DNA of 64,000 nucleotides from contig CAZUKA010000001.1 in the NCBI GenBank assembly GCA_964620905.1, positions 158,524 through 222,523 on the forward strand, given 5' to 3'. Made by a program: the position numbers and the translations under genes. This DNA comes from an uncultured Gammaproteobacteria bacterium. GTDB taxonomy: Bacteria > Patescibacteriota > Patescibacteriia > S139-126. The stretch's first letter is position 1, and each line of letters begins with the position of its first letter. The notes under the pieces were generated by a model. That model did no database searches. It had not been told where the DNA came from and worked only from the letters and a program-made list of their open reading frames with translations. Below, in pieces: positions 1 through 10,012 of the stretch.

Positions 1-550
1 TAACTACAATGGCAGGATAAACTAGAGCGCCGCGAACTTTTGCAACTAGATGATGATCTTTTTTCATTTGCAAGGTTAGTTGCTTTAATACTTGTTCTAG
101 TTGACCGGCAGCTTCACCAGTTTTTAACATATTAATATATAACTCACCAAATATCTTGACATAAGGTTGTAGACTCTCAGCCAATGATTTGCCCTTTTCT
201 ACTTTAGCTTGTACTTCCAATAAAATTTTTTGCATTTTTTTATTAGTAGTTTGTTTGGCCAAAGTATGTAAGGCTTGGGACATCGATATACCGGCTTTTA
301 CCATAACCATTAAATTTTGGGTAAAAAATATTTTTTCCGATGTAGGTACACCTGAAAGATCAATCAAATAGTTATTAATTTTATTTATCCAATCTTTTAT
401 TGAATTGGTAGTGTCAATTTGATTGTATTCAGTCAATATTAAATCGTGACTGGATAAATATTGTTCCAGTTCTTCGTGATTGGTTTTGTCAATCACGCCT
501 TTTTTGATCTCACCCTCTTTACTGCGGGCGGTGTAAGCAAATGATGGCAT
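1..550 (-). CDS. pilC: Type IV pilus inner-membrane platform protein PilC/GspF family (runs off the window start)
   Basis: Not in the ORF track. Manual translation from ATG at 550, which overlaps the pilB stop: MPSFAYTARSKEGEIKKG...FFTQNLMVMVKAGISMSQAL...LYINMLKTGEAAGQLEQVL...VRGALVYPAIVV. Typical GspF repeat, directly after pilB. Confidence 0.92.
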   Translation of the reverse strand, partial: MPSFAYTARSKEGEIKKGVIDKTNHEELEQYLSSHDLILTEYNQIDTTNSIKDWINKINNYLIDLSGVPTSEKIFFTQNLMVMVKAGISMSQALHTLAKQTTNKKMQKILLEVQAKVEKGKSLAESLQPYVKIFGELYINMLKTGEAAGQLEQVLKQLTLQMKKDHHLVAKVRGALVYPAIVV

Positions 551-2280
551 TATTCTTTGGTTACCCTAATTATTTCCTCAATGGTAGTAATACCATTTTT
601 GGCTTTAATAATTCCGTCTTCAAATAAGGTTAACATATTTTGTTTTTTGGCCACTTCTGAAAGTTCACGGTCAGTGGCTTTTTGCATGATTAATTTTTGA
701 ATAGCCGGAGTTACTTCTAGAGTTTCATAAATACCAATTCGTCCTTTATAACCATTGTTGTTACACTGCTTACAACCTTTACCGCGGTAAAAGAGCAGTT
801 CGGATAAAGGAATATCAACTGAATCGATTATTTTTTCTTGAACCAAGGTATTAAGTAAAGAATCTAAATTGTAACGTTGTTCAAGTTCCTTGATATTTTC
901 TTTATTTAAGTTAAAAGAATATATACAATTAGGACAAATTTTTCTTACTAAACGTTGGGCAACAATTAAATTGGTAGTAGTGGCAATTAAAAAACTGGCA
1001 ATACCCATGTCTTGTAATCTGGGAAGAGTGGAAACCGCATCATTGGTATGAAGGGTTGATAAAACTAAATGACCGGTCATAGCGGCATGAATAGCAATTT
1101 CAGCAGTTTCTAAATCTCTAATTTCACCAACCATAATTATATCTGGGTCTTGGCGTAAAAGAGAGCGTAAACCAGTGGCAAAGGTAAAACCAATTTTGGT
1201 GTTGATTTGTGATTGATTAACCCTCGGCATACGGTATTCAATTGGGTCTTCGACAGTGGCAATGTTGACTTTGGGGGTATTTAAAATATTTAAAATAGTA
1301 TAGAGCGTAGTAGTTTTACCACTTCCGGTAGGGCCGGTAACTAAGATCATTCCATGAGGTTTAGTTATATTGGTTTTGACAATCTCATAAGCTTTTTTAT
1401 GAAAACCTAGTTGTTCTAGAGTAAGGATCTGACTCGATTCATTAAGTAAACGTAAAACAATTTTTTCACCATCAAAAATTGGTATAATAGAAACACGAAA
1501 GGCGACTTTGTATTGATCAGTAGAAATTTTAAAGCGACCATCTTGTGGTAGCCGATGTTCATCCAATTTTAAGTTAGCCAAAATTTTTATTCTGGCTGTT
1601 ACCCCAGCTTGGGCATTTTTTGGTAAGGTCATAACATCACGTAAAATACCATCAATTCGATAACGAACTAATAAATTTTTTTCCATGGGTTCAATGTGGA
1701 TATCAGAAGCGCCTTCAAAAATAGCATATTCCAGCAGAGTATCAACAATACGAACCACCGGTAAATCAGTGGCTAATTCTTTTAAATCTTGTCCAGTAGA
1801 AGATTCTTGATTATCAGCAGTCGTAGTAATATCTTTAAATTCAGCTTTTAATCCTTTGTGGTATTGTTTGAGGGTATCTTTAATGGCTGCTGGATAAGTA
1901 AGGAATAATTCTAAATTCAAACCGGTTTTTTTCTTTATAAATTCAAAAGTTTGTAGATCGTCTGGATCTAAAGTTGCAATTTTTAAAGAATTTTCAGATA
2001 AATCAAAAGCAATAACCTGATGTGTTTTAGCAATAGGTTCAGGAATCATAAACAAAATGTCTTTGCGAATTACTTTTCCTTTTAAATTTATGAAAGGTAA
2101 ATTCAACTGTTGCGCAGCCATTTCATATAGGGCGTCTTCAGTTATAATTTTTTTTGCCAAAATAACATCAAGGATATTTGTATTTTCAGTCTTAGCTTCG
2201 TGACAGACTTGTTCAAAAATTTTTCGATCAACTAGTTTTTGGCTAAAAAGAACTTTTTTTATAAGATCATTATTGAGCAT
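550..2280 (-). CDS. pilB: Type IV pilus assembly ATPase PilB/GspE
   Basis: ASDIHIEP, RLPQDGR, Walker A GPTGSGKTTTLY, LRQDPDIIMVGEIRD, STLHTN, tetracysteine CPNC...CKQC. Confidence 0.95.
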   Translation of the reverse strand: MLNNDLIKKVLFSQKLVDRKIFEQVCHEAKTENTNILDVILAKKIITEDALYEMAAQQLNLPFINLKGKVIRKDILFMIPEPIAKTHQVIAFDLSENSLKIATLDPDDLQTFEFIKKKTGLNLELFLTYPAAIKDTLKQYHKGLKAEFKDITTTADNQESSTGQDLKELATDLPVVRIVDTLLEYAIFEGASDIHIEPMEKNLLVRYRIDGILRDVMTLPKNAQAGVTARIKILANLKLDEHRLPQDGRFKISTDQYKVAFRVSIIPIFDGEKIVLRLLNESSQILTLEQLGFHKKAYEIVKTNITKPHGMILVTGPTGSGKTTTLYTILNILNTPKVNIATVEDPIEYRMPRVNQSQINTKIGFTFATGLRSLLRQDPDIIMVGEIRDLETAEIAIHAAMTGHLVLSTLHTNDAVSTLPRLQDMGIASFLIATTTNLIVAQRLVRKICPNCIYSFNLNKENIKELEQRYNLDSLLNTLVQEKIIDSVDIPLSELLFYRGKGCKQCNNNGYKGRIGIYETLEVTPAIQKLIMQKATDRELSEVAKKQNMLTLFEDGIIKAKNGITTIEEIIRVTKE

Positions 2281-2296
2281 GGTTTTATTTTACTAA

Positions 2297-2325
2297 ATTA
2301 TACCACAAACTACTTCTTCTGTAAA
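2297..2325 (-). promoter_or_regulatory. Sigma70-type promoter for pilB-pilC
   Basis: Minus strand TTTACA-N17-TATAAT with extended -10 TG; 16 nt from the -10 to the pilB ATG. Confidence 0.6.
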
Positions 2326-2372
2326 AATGCTTAAAAGTTGACTTTGATGTATTTTTATTGGATGATATATAT

Positions 2373-2732
2373 ATGCTTAAACGTTTTTTCAGTTTAAATA
2401 CGATCTCAGTCGGAAGAATAATTATTTCCACAAATCTTTTAATTTTAATTTTTCACTGGTTTTGGTTGTTTTTTAATATACGTTTCAGTAATGAAGTTAT
2501 ACCTTTGCATTATAATGTTTATTATGGGATTGATTGGTTTGGACCTAAATATTATTTATATCTTTTCCCTTTATTAGGAACTTTATGGTTGTTGGTTGGC
2601 TTCTTGCTGGGTATTAAATGGCGACGTCAACATATTGTTACGTCTTTGTTTTTATTTAGTTATATTTTATTACTAAATTTGTTTTTAATAGCGGGATCCT
2701 TTTTGCTTTTTGTATTTTATTTAAATAATTAA
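2373..2732 (+). CDS. Small membrane protein (DUF1648-like)
   Basis: Three hydrophobic segments and IPLHYNVYYGIDWFG. First ATG at 2373 (track ORF starts at 2358). Ends 2 nt before mraY. Confidence 0.65.
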   Translation: MLKRFFSLNTISVGRIIISTNLLILIFHWFWLFFNIRFSNEVIPLHYNVYYGIDWFGPKYYLYLFPLLGTLWLLVGFLLGIKWRRQHIVTSLFLFSYILLLNLFLIAGSFLLFVFYLNN

Positions 2733-2734
2733 AT

Positions 2735-3781
2735 ATGGTAGAAACAGCAATTATTAAGATTTTTTTTATTACTGTTTTGTCATTCTCCTTGGCAATATTT
2801 TTAACACCCTTACTCACACATTTTCTCTATAAATATAAATTGGGTAAACGCATTCGGGCAGAAGCTAGTGCACCTATCATGTCTAAGTTGCATCAAGCCA
2901 AATCAGGTACTCCCACTATGGGTGGTATTTTGATTTGGTTTTCGGTTTTAGTCTTGGCTCTAACAATAAATACTTTATGGCATTTTACTGGTTGGCAATT
3001 TTTTTCTGATATTAATTTTTTGACTCGTCCAGAAACCTGGCTTCCTTTAGGGGCTTTGATAATTAGTGCCTTAGTCGGTCTATTTGATGATTTTTTGAAT
3101 ATTCATGGAATTGGTTCAAATGGTGGCGGTTTGAAAGTCAGGCATCGTTTATTAGCTTACACTTTGATTGCCAGTGGTGGTGCCTATTGGTTTTTTTATA
3201 AATTACAATGGGACGTAATTCATGTTCCCTTTCTGGGTAATTATAGTATTGGTATATGGTATATTCCGATTTTTATATTTATTATTGTGGCAACAGCTTT
3301 TTCTGTTAATGAAACTGATGGGCTCGATGGTTTGGCGGGTGGGGGATTATTATCAGCCTTTACTGCTTTTGGCACAATTGCTTTTGTACAAGGCAAGTAC
3401 GATTTAGCAGCATTTTGTGGCGCAATTGTTGGGGCACTTTTGGCTTTTTTATGGTTTAATATTAACCCGGCCAGGTTTTTTATGGGTGATACTGGGGCAA
3501 TGTCATTGGGAGTAACTTTGGGGATAGTTGCTATGTTGACTAATACAGTTTTGATATTACCAATTATAGGTTTTTTATTTATGTTGGAAACCTTATCCGT
3601 TTTAACTCAAATTATTTCTAAAAAAATTAGAGGTAAAAAGGTTTTTTTATCAACTCCAATTCATCACCATTTTGAAGCTATTGGTTGGTCAGAACCTAAG
3701 ATAGTGATGCGTTTTTGGATTATTTCCGGGGTGATGGCCGTTATTGGTTTGATAGTATTTTTGCTTGATTATTTGTATTAA
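2735..3781 (+). CDS. mraY: Phospho-N-acetylmuramoyl-pentapeptide transferase
   Basis: KSGTPTMGG, GLFDD, VNETDGLDGL, PARFFMGDTG, PIHHHFE. Confidence 0.96.
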   Translation: MVETAIIKIFFITVLSFSLAIFLTPLLTHFLYKYKLGKRIRAEASAPIMSKLHQAKSGTPTMGGILIWFSVLVLALTINTLWHFTGWQFFSDINFLTRPETWLPLGALIISALVGLFDDFLNIHGIGSNGGGLKVRHRLLAYTLIASGGAYWFFYKLQWDVIHVPFLGNYSIGIWYIPIFIFIIVATAFSVNETDGLDGLAGGGLLSAFTAFGTIAFVQGKYDLAAFCGAIVGALLAFLWFNINPARFFMGDTGAMSLGVTLGIVAMLTNTVLILPIIGFLFMLETLSVLTQIISKKIRGKKVFLSTPIHHHFEAIGWSEPKIVMRFWIISGVMAVIGLIVFLLDYLY

Positions 3782-3785
3782 TTTT

Positions 3786-4094
3786 ATGAAAAAATATTAT
3801 TTACAAAATTGGTTCAAAGCTGTTTATTTAGCCACCGCCATAATTTTTTGGTTGGGGCTTGGTATTATTTGTCATGCTTTGATTGAGTATCCACTACTTT
3901 TTTTTCTAACAAAAAATTTTACTCTTTACTCTATGGGAATTAGTTATGATGCTTGGTTGTCTCTGCATACTATTTTTTCATTTTTGGTTTTATGTTTTTC
4001 CCTTTCGGCGGGAACATATTTTGGTTTGATTTGGTATGACTATATTTACATTCAATATGAAGGCAGAATTGAATACAAATTTTTTAGGAAATAA
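3786..4094 (+). CDS. Hypothetical two-TM membrane protein
   Basis: Fills the gap between mraY and murD; two hydrophobic stretches; ATG at 3786, 4 nt after the mraY stop. Confidence 0.65.
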   Translation: MKKYYLQNWFKAVYLATAIIFWLGLGIICHALIEYPLLFFLTKNFTLYSMGISYDAWLSLHTIFSFLVLCFSLSAGTYFGLIWYDYIYIQYEGRIEYKFFRK

Positions 4095-5463
4095 AAAAAT
4101 AATTGTTTTTGGACTGGGTTTACACGGTGGTGGTTTGGCTTTGGCAAATTGGTTAAATCGACAACATGCTGACGTTATTGTGACAGATAAAAAAAGTGCT
4201 ACTGATTTACGTGCCAGTTTAAAAAAATTAAAATTACCACCTAACCATGTTTTTTTGGGACAGGAACCAAAGTTATCTTGGTTAAAAAATACTGATTTAG
4301 TTTTGCAAAATCCAGGTGTACCAAGTGAACATTTTTTTATCAAAGCGGCAAAAAAAAGAAAAATTAAGGTTTTAAACGAAGCAGCTTTGTTTTTTTTGTT
4401 GGTTGATAGGCCAATCATTGGCATCACTGGAAGCAAAGGCAAATCAACTAGTACTCATTTACTCGGTAAAATTCTGGTCGCTTATTTTAAAAACACACTG
4501 GTTGGTGGAAATATCAGAATTAACCCCATGTTTAAAATAATTGATCGAATTAAATCTAACAGTAAGATTGTTTTGGAATTGTCTTCTTGGCAGTTGGAGG
4601 GTCTTAAGGTTATTAAAAAATCACCCCAGGTTAGTTTATTGACAAATATAACACCTGAACATTTAAATCGTTATGCCAGTTTTTCAAGTTATATAGCTGC
4701 AAAATATTTAATTTTTAAATATCAAAACAAAAATGATCTGGCAATTTTAAATTGGGATGACCAGATTTCACGTCAGTTAATAAAAAAAATAAAATCACAA
4801 ATTTATTTTTTTAGTATTAGACGAAAAGTACCTCGTGGTATTTTTGTAAATGGTAAAAAAATATTTTTTACCGACCAGGGTAAATTAGATTTTATAACTT
4901 CTATTGATAAAATTAAACTTCAAGGATTACATAATCTGCAAAATATATTAGGGGCAATTTGTGTGGCTTATAAATTAGGAATACCAAAAAAAATTATTAT
5001 TCAAATAATTCAAAACTATCAAGGTTTGAGTGACCGCTTGGAAGTTGTGCGGACCTATAAACGAATTATTTTTATCAATGATACCACAGCCACGGCGCCG
5101 GTTGCAACAATCGCGGCACTTAATTCCTTTCCGGAGAAACTAATTATAATCGCTGGGGGTAGTTCCAAAAAATTACCAGTTGATAATTTAGCAAAAACTA
5201 TTAAGAGAAAGGCCAAATTTTGTTTATTATTTGCTGGAGATGGTAGTAATGAATTGATCACGGCTTTACAAAAAATAAATTATCCAAAAAATAAATTGTT
5301 GGTCAATTATAACAGTATGTCAAAAATAGTAATTGATGCCTTTGGTTTGGCTAGAGCTGGAGATAAAATTATACTTTCTCCAGGTTTTGCTAGTTTTGGC
5401 AACTTTATAAATGAATTTGATCGAGGGAGACAATTTGTTAGTTGGGTAAAAAGAATAAAATGA
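4057..5463 (+). CDS. murD: UDP-N-acetylmuramoyl-L-alanine--D-glutamate ligase
   Basis: GLGLHGGG, NPGVP, GITGSKGKST, ELSSWQL, NITPEHLNRY, INDTTAT, LSPGFASF...FDRG. Start is 4036 or 4057. Confidence 0.95.
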   Translation: MKAELNTNFLGNKKIIVFGLGLHGGGLALANWLNRQHADVIVTDKKSATDLRASLKKLKLPPNHVFLGQEPKLSWLKNTDLVLQNPGVPSEHFFIKAAKKRKIKVLNEAALFFLLVDRPIIGITGSKGKSTSTHLLGKILVAYFKNTLVGGNIRINPMFKIIDRIKSNSKIVLELSSWQLEGLKVIKKSPQVSLLTNITPEHLNRYASFSSYIAAKYLIFKYQNKNDLAILNWDDQISRQLIKKIKSQIYFFSIRRKVPRGIFVNGKKIFFTDQGKLDFITSIDKIKLQGLHNLQNILGAICVAYKLGIPKKIIIQIIQNYQGLSDRLEVVRTYKRIIFINDTTATAPVATIAALNSFPEKLIIIAGGSSKKLPVDNLAKTIKRKAKFCLLFAGDGSNELITALQKINYPKNKLLVNYNSMSKIVIDAFGLARAGDKIILSPGFASFGNFINEFDRGRQFVSWVKRIK

Positions 5464-6632
5464 ATAAAAGGCTAGCTAACAACAAAAAAAATTTTTATAA
5501 ATGGTTATTTTATAAAAATGGTCCACATGATCCCGATTATACTTTATTGGTGGTATTGGGATTGATTTTGATATTCGGTTTAGTTTTTTTGGCTTCAGCT
5601 TCGTGGGTTACTTCATTTGAAGCTCATCAAGATCCATATTTTTTGTTGAAAGAGCAATTTTTTAAAGGTATTTTTTTTGGTTTTATTCTATTTTTTATTT
5701 GCAGCCATATTGATTATAATTTTTGGCGAAAAAACGCTTGGTTAATTTTATTGGTGGGGATTGGGTTATTGTTGTTGGTTTTTATTCCAACTATAGGTAA
5801 GACTGTCAATAATGCCCAACGCTGGATAAACCTATTTGGCTTTTCTTTTCAACCTTCAGAGTTTATTAAATTAGCCCTAATAATTTATTTGTCCGCTTGG
5901 TTTGCAAGTAAAAAAAATGAGATAAAAGATTTTTCTAAAGTTTTTATACCTTTTGTTATTATTGTGGCTTTAATCGCTTTTTTGATAATGCTACAACCCG
6001 ACATGGGTACAACTTTACTAGTGGTGGCCATTTGTTTGTCATTATATTTTTTAGCTGGAGGGCAGATTGGTTTATTAGCAGGACTAAGTTTAGTTGGAGG
6101 CGGGCTTTTTTATTTTTTAATTAAAAAAGCAGCTTATCGTGCTAATCGTTTAATGGTTTATTTGAATCCAGAATTGGATCCATTGGGGATTGGTTATCAT
6201 ATTAATCAGGCAATTTTAGCAGTTGGTTCAGGAGGAATATTTGGTCGAGGCCTTGGACGTTCGCGACAAAAATTCAATTATTTGCCAGAAGTTGCTAGTG
6301 ATTCTATTTTTGCCGTGATTGCTGAAGAACTAGGCTTTATTTTTACTTTTTTATTTTTACTTTTTTATTTTTACTTTTTTTATCTAGTTTTCCGTCTAAG
6401 CAAAAATGCGCCTGATGAGTTTTCTCGACTAATGATTTTAGGGGTATTTGTTTTGCTGGTTTGGCAAAGTTTATTAAATATCATGGCAATGTTAGGTTTG
6501 GTTCCTTTAACCGGTGCACCGTTGCCACTAATTTCTTATGGTTCATCATCGATGGTAATTATATTAGCTGGTTTGGGAATTGTGTTTAATATTTCCCAGT
6601 TTACTAAAAATAATAAAGCAAAATTTTTATGA
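5460..6632 (+). CDS. ftsW: SEDS peptidoglycan polymerase FtsW
   Basis: AQRWI, FQPSEFIK, QPDMGT, YLPEVASDSIF, PLTGAPLPLISYG; lies between murD and murG. ATG at 5460 overlaps the murD stop. Confidence 0.93.
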   Translation: MNKRLANNKKNFYKWLFYKNGPHDPDYTLLVVLGLILIFGLVFLASASWVTSFEAHQDPYFLLKEQFFKGIFFGFILFFICSHIDYNFWRKNAWLILLVGIGLLLLVFIPTIGKTVNNAQRWINLFGFSFQPSEFIKLALIIYLSAWFASKKNEIKDFSKVFIPFVIIVALIAFLIMLQPDMGTTLLVVAICLSLYFLAGGQIGLLAGLSLVGGGLFYFLIKKAAYRANRLMVYLNPELDPLGIGYHINQAILAVGSGGIFGRGLGRSRQKFNYLPEVASDSIFAVIAEELGFIFTFLFLLFYFYFFYLVFRLSKNAPDEFSRLMILGVFVLLVWQSLLNIMAMLGLVPLTGAPLPLISYGSSSMVIILAGLGIVFNISQFTKNNKAKFL

Positions 6633-7726
6633 AAATTTTATTTGTTGGCGGAGGTACAGGTGGGTCAGTAGCCCCACTACTGGCTTTAGCCCAATATTTA
6701 AAATTACAAAGTTTTGACCAGCCAATAGAATTTATTTGGCTGGGCACTTATCGTGGGCCAGAAAAAAATATGGTTTTAGCTGAGGATATTAATTTTATTT
6801 CAGTTTTTTCTGGTAAATGGCGTCGTTATTTTTCTTGGCAAAATTTCACTGACCTATTATTTATTTTATTCGGTTTTTTACAATCACTTTATTATTTTTA
6901 TCGATTAAAACCAGATATTTTAATCAGCGCTGGTAGTTTTGTTGCTGTGCCTGTTGGATTGGCAGCCTTTTTATTTCGTTGTCCACAAATTATTCATCAG
7001 CAGGATATTGCTAAGGGGTTAGCAAATAAACTGCTGTCTTTTTTTGCCAAAAAAATTACTGTATCTTTTCCAGAACAATTACCAAATTTTTCAGCCAATA
7101 AAACTGTTTTGACTGGAAATCCAGTACGTATACATATTTTGCAAGGAAATCGCGAAAAAGCTACTCAGTTGCTGGGTTTAGAACCAAATCTCCCAACAAT
7201 TTTAGTAGTTGGCGGTGGTACTGGCGCTTTAAGGTTAAATCAAATAATCAGTGGTGCACTGCCCGAACTCGTACAATTTTGCCAAGTAATCCATATTAGT
7301 GGTAAAAATAAAAAAATAAGCGCCCTGGCCTTGAAAGATTTTTCACCTCGTTATCATCAGTTTGATTTTATAATCAATGAAATGCCTGATTTTTTGGCCA
7401 TTGCTGATTTGGTAATTACCAGAGGTGGCATGGGTTTTTTATCTGAATTATCAGCTTTAGGGAAACCAACAATTATAATTCCTATTCCGCAAAGTCACCA
7501 AGAATTTAATGCCAATTATTTTTGTCAACAACAAGCAGCTATTTGTTTACCACAAGATTCATTATCTAGTCAAAGTTTGATTGATGATATAAAACATTTA
7601 TTGAAAGATGAGGAGTCTTTGCGTTTTCTAAGTCGTAATATCAAAAAAAATTTTAATCCGGATGCCGCGCGTTTATTGGCAGTAACAATTTTTAAAGTAT
7701 ATGCAGAAAAAAATTCTCGAATATAA
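6629..7726 (+). CDS. murG: Undecaprenyl-PP-MurNAc-pentapeptide GlcNAc transferase
   Basis: GGGTGGS, GLANK, TGNPVR, GGGTGA, ITRGG, HQEFNA. Confidence 0.95.
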   Translation: MKILFVGGGTGGSVAPLLALAQYLKLQSFDQPIEFIWLGTYRGPEKNMVLAEDINFISVFSGKWRRYFSWQNFTDLLFILFGFLQSLYYFYRLKPDILISAGSFVAVPVGLAAFLFRCPQIIHQQDIAKGLANKLLSFFAKKITVSFPEQLPNFSANKTVLTGNPVRIHILQGNREKATQLLGLEPNLPTILVVGGGTGALRLNQIISGALPELVQFCQVIHISGKNKKISALALKDFSPRYHQFDFIINEMPDFLAIADLVITRGGMGFLSELSALGKPTIIIPIPQSHQEFNANYFCQQQAAICLPQDSLSSQSLIDDIKHLLKDEESLRFLSRNIKKNFNPDAARLLAVTIFKVYAEKNSRI

Positions 7727-9089
7727 AAATTGGCATTTAGTCGGAATTAAAGGTGGGGGGATGACCGCTTTGGCTTTGTTGTTAAAAAGTATGAACAAAA
7801 ATATAACCGGTAGCGATTCGTCAGAAAAATTTTATACAGATAAAGTTTTAAAAAAACATCAAATAAAATTTTTTGAAAATTTTTCACCAGCCAATATTCC
7901 CGTTGAAACTGAAGTAGTAGTCCATTCGACAGCTTATGATCCAAATACAAATACCGAGTGTATTTTTGCCAAAACTGAAAAACTGATTTTACTCACTTAT
8001 CCTGAGGCTTTAGCTGAATTAATAAATTCTAAATTGACTATTGCTATTGCTGGTACTCATGGTAAAACCACCACTACTGCTTGGTTAGCATATGTTTTGG
8101 ATAAGTGTGGTTTTAAACCATCGGCACTGGTCGGGTCCAATGTACCTCAATTTGGTGGTAATACCTTAGCGGGAAAATCTGATTTGTTTTTAGTTGAAAC
8201 TGATGAGTATCAAAATAAATTTAAATATTATAATCCTCAGGCAATAATTTTGAATAATATTGATTGGGACCATCCTGATTATTTTGCTTCAGCTAATGAT
8301 TATTTGTCAGTTTTCAAAGAATATATTGCTAAGATTCCTGCCAAAGGTTTTTTGGTCGCAGGAATAGACAATAAAAATGTTTTTGAATTAAGTAAAAATT
8401 TTTCCAAAAAACTAATTACCTTTGGTTTAGAAAGACAAGCTGATTGGCAAGCAAAAAATATTCAGATTAAAAAAGAAACAATTTTTGATGTTTATTGGCA
8501 ACAACGGCTTTGGCATTCGGCTGTAAAAATTAGTTTATTTGGTGATTTTAATGTTTTAAATGCTTTAGCGGTAATTGCTACGGCAGTTGAGCTTGGCGCC
8601 AATAAAGAGAAAATTTTATCTGCCCTGTATGCTTTTAGTGGTACGGAAAGACGTTTTGAAAAAAAAGGAGCTATCAGTAATTCTGTAATATATGATGATT
8701 TTGCTCATCACCCTGGAGAAATAAAACCAACTCTTAGTATGGTTAAAAAACTTTTTCCAGAAAAAAATATAATTGTAGTATTTCATCCCCATACTTTTAC
8801 TCGGACATTAAAATTACTAACAGATTTTTGTCAGAGTTTTATTGATGCCGATGAAGTTCTTTTATTAGATATATATGGTAGTGCTCGTGAGAAACAAGGT
8901 GGTATTGATGCTGAAACATTAACTGCGGAAATTAATAAAGTAAGCAAGAATGCTAAATATATCAAAAATATTGACAGTGCAGTTGCTTATCTACAAAAAA
9001 AATTAAATGAAAATAATGTTATAATTACCATGGGAGCTGGTGATGTTTGGCGGGTAGGCACAGATTTATTAAATTTAAAACATGACTAA
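7701..9089 (+). CDS. murC: UDP-N-acetylmuramate--L-alanine ligase
   Basis: GIKGGGM, IAGTHGKTTTT, ETDE, NIDWDHPD, RRFE, DDFAHHP, FHPHTFTR, MGAGD. Confidence 0.95.
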   Translation: MQKKILEYKNWHLVGIKGGGMTALALLLKSMNKNITGSDSSEKFYTDKVLKKHQIKFFENFSPANIPVETEVVVHSTAYDPNTNTECIFAKTEKLILLTYPEALAELINSKLTIAIAGTHGKTTTTAWLAYVLDKCGFKPSALVGSNVPQFGGNTLAGKSDLFLVETDEYQNKFKYYNPQAIILNNIDWDHPDYFASANDYLSVFKEYIAKIPAKGFLVAGIDNKNVFELSKNFSKKLITFGLERQADWQAKNIQIKKETIFDVYWQQRLWHSAVKISLFGDFNVLNALAVIATAVELGANKEKILSALYAFSGTERRFEKKGAISNSVIYDDFAHHPGEIKPTLSMVKKLFPEKNIIVVFHPHTFTRTLKLLTDFCQSFIDADEVLLLDIYGSAREKQGGIDAETLTAEINKVSKNAKYIKNIDSAVAYLQKKLNENNVIITMGAGDVWRVGTDLLNLKHD

Positions 9090-9651
9090 ATTAGAACAAC
9101 AATTAATCAAACTTTTTGACGACAAGGTTTTGTTTGACGTAAAAATGTCTGATTTTTCAACAAGTGGACTGGGGGGTAGAGTAAAATATTTTTATCAGGC
9201 TAAAGATGTATTAGATTTTAACAAAGCTTGCCAGCTAGCCAAGGATCATAATTTATTTTTTTTTGCTTTTACGAGTAAAGATAATTTTTTAGTAGCCAGT
9301 ACCGGATATGACCAGTTGTTGATTTATTTACCAGATAATTTAAAAAAAGAAAAAAACATCAAACTTTTTAAATCATTATCGTTGGATAAAAACATACAAA
9401 AAATTATTACTCATGAACGATTGGAAGTTTTACCCAATAAAATTTTAACACCAGCTATTTTTTTAAAACATTTAGGTTTAACCGATAAAGTATTTGGTGG
9501 AATTAGACAATTGGCTGATAATCCCAATGTAGCAGAAAATTTTAATCAAGGTTCGTTGGATGATTTAGTAATTATGTCATCTTATTTAAAACAGCAAGTT
9601 AGAGATAAACTGGGCTTGCAGTTTTATGATCATTATCAAATAATAAGTTAA
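9082..9651 (+). CDS. Degenerate, internally shortened MurB-like protein (probably non-catalytic)
   Basis: Follows murC. N-terminus (STSGLGGRVKYF...NFLVASTGYD) and C-terminus (LGLTDKVFGG...YLKQQVRDKLGLQF) resemble MurB, but it is only 189 aa and lacks the GxGSN, PGTxGG and HxNF motifs. Confidence 0.65.
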   Translation: MTKLEQQLIKLFDDKVLFDVKMSDFSTSGLGGRVKYFYQAKDVLDFNKACQLAKDHNLFFFAFTSKDNFLVASTGYDQLLIYLPDNLKKEKNIKLFKSLSLDKNIQKIITHERLEVLPNKILTPAIFLKHLGLTDKVFGGIRQLADNPNVAENFNQGSLDDLVIMSSYLKQQVRDKLGLQFYDHYQIIS

Positions 9652-9655
9652 TTTT

Positions 9656-9970
9656 ATGAATATTATCATTAAAGGTACCAATTTTGAATTAGATGGAGAG
9701 ATGAAAAAATTTATAACAGAAAAATTTTTGCGAGTTGATAAATTTAATCATAGTATTCAAGAAGTTAGGATTGAAATTGAACAAGATAAACATCACCAAA
9801 AAGGAAATGTTGTCCGTTGCGAAGCCAATGTTTTAATTGATGGACAATTGCTTAGAGTTGAGAAAAAAGCCGAATCTTTTGTTAAAGTTGTGAACAAAGT
9901 AAAAGATCATCTAAAATTGATAATTATTAGACAGAGAAAAAAAATTATCACTAAGCAAAGAAAAAGATAA
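9656..9970 (+). CDS. raiA: Ribosome hibernation factor, short HPF/RaiA
   Basis: MNIIIKGTNFEL...EKF...HHQKG..RCEAN...LRVE; 104 aa; usual position upstream of secA. Confidence 0.85.
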   Translation: MNIIIKGTNFELDGEMKKFITEKFLRVDKFNHSIQEVRIEIEQDKHHQKGNVVRCEANVLIDGQLLRVEKKAESFVKVVNKVKDHLKLIIIRQRKKIITKQRKR

Positions 9971-10012
9971 ATAGTTTTCTAAATCAAAACAGTATGTTAG
10001 AATAATAAAATT

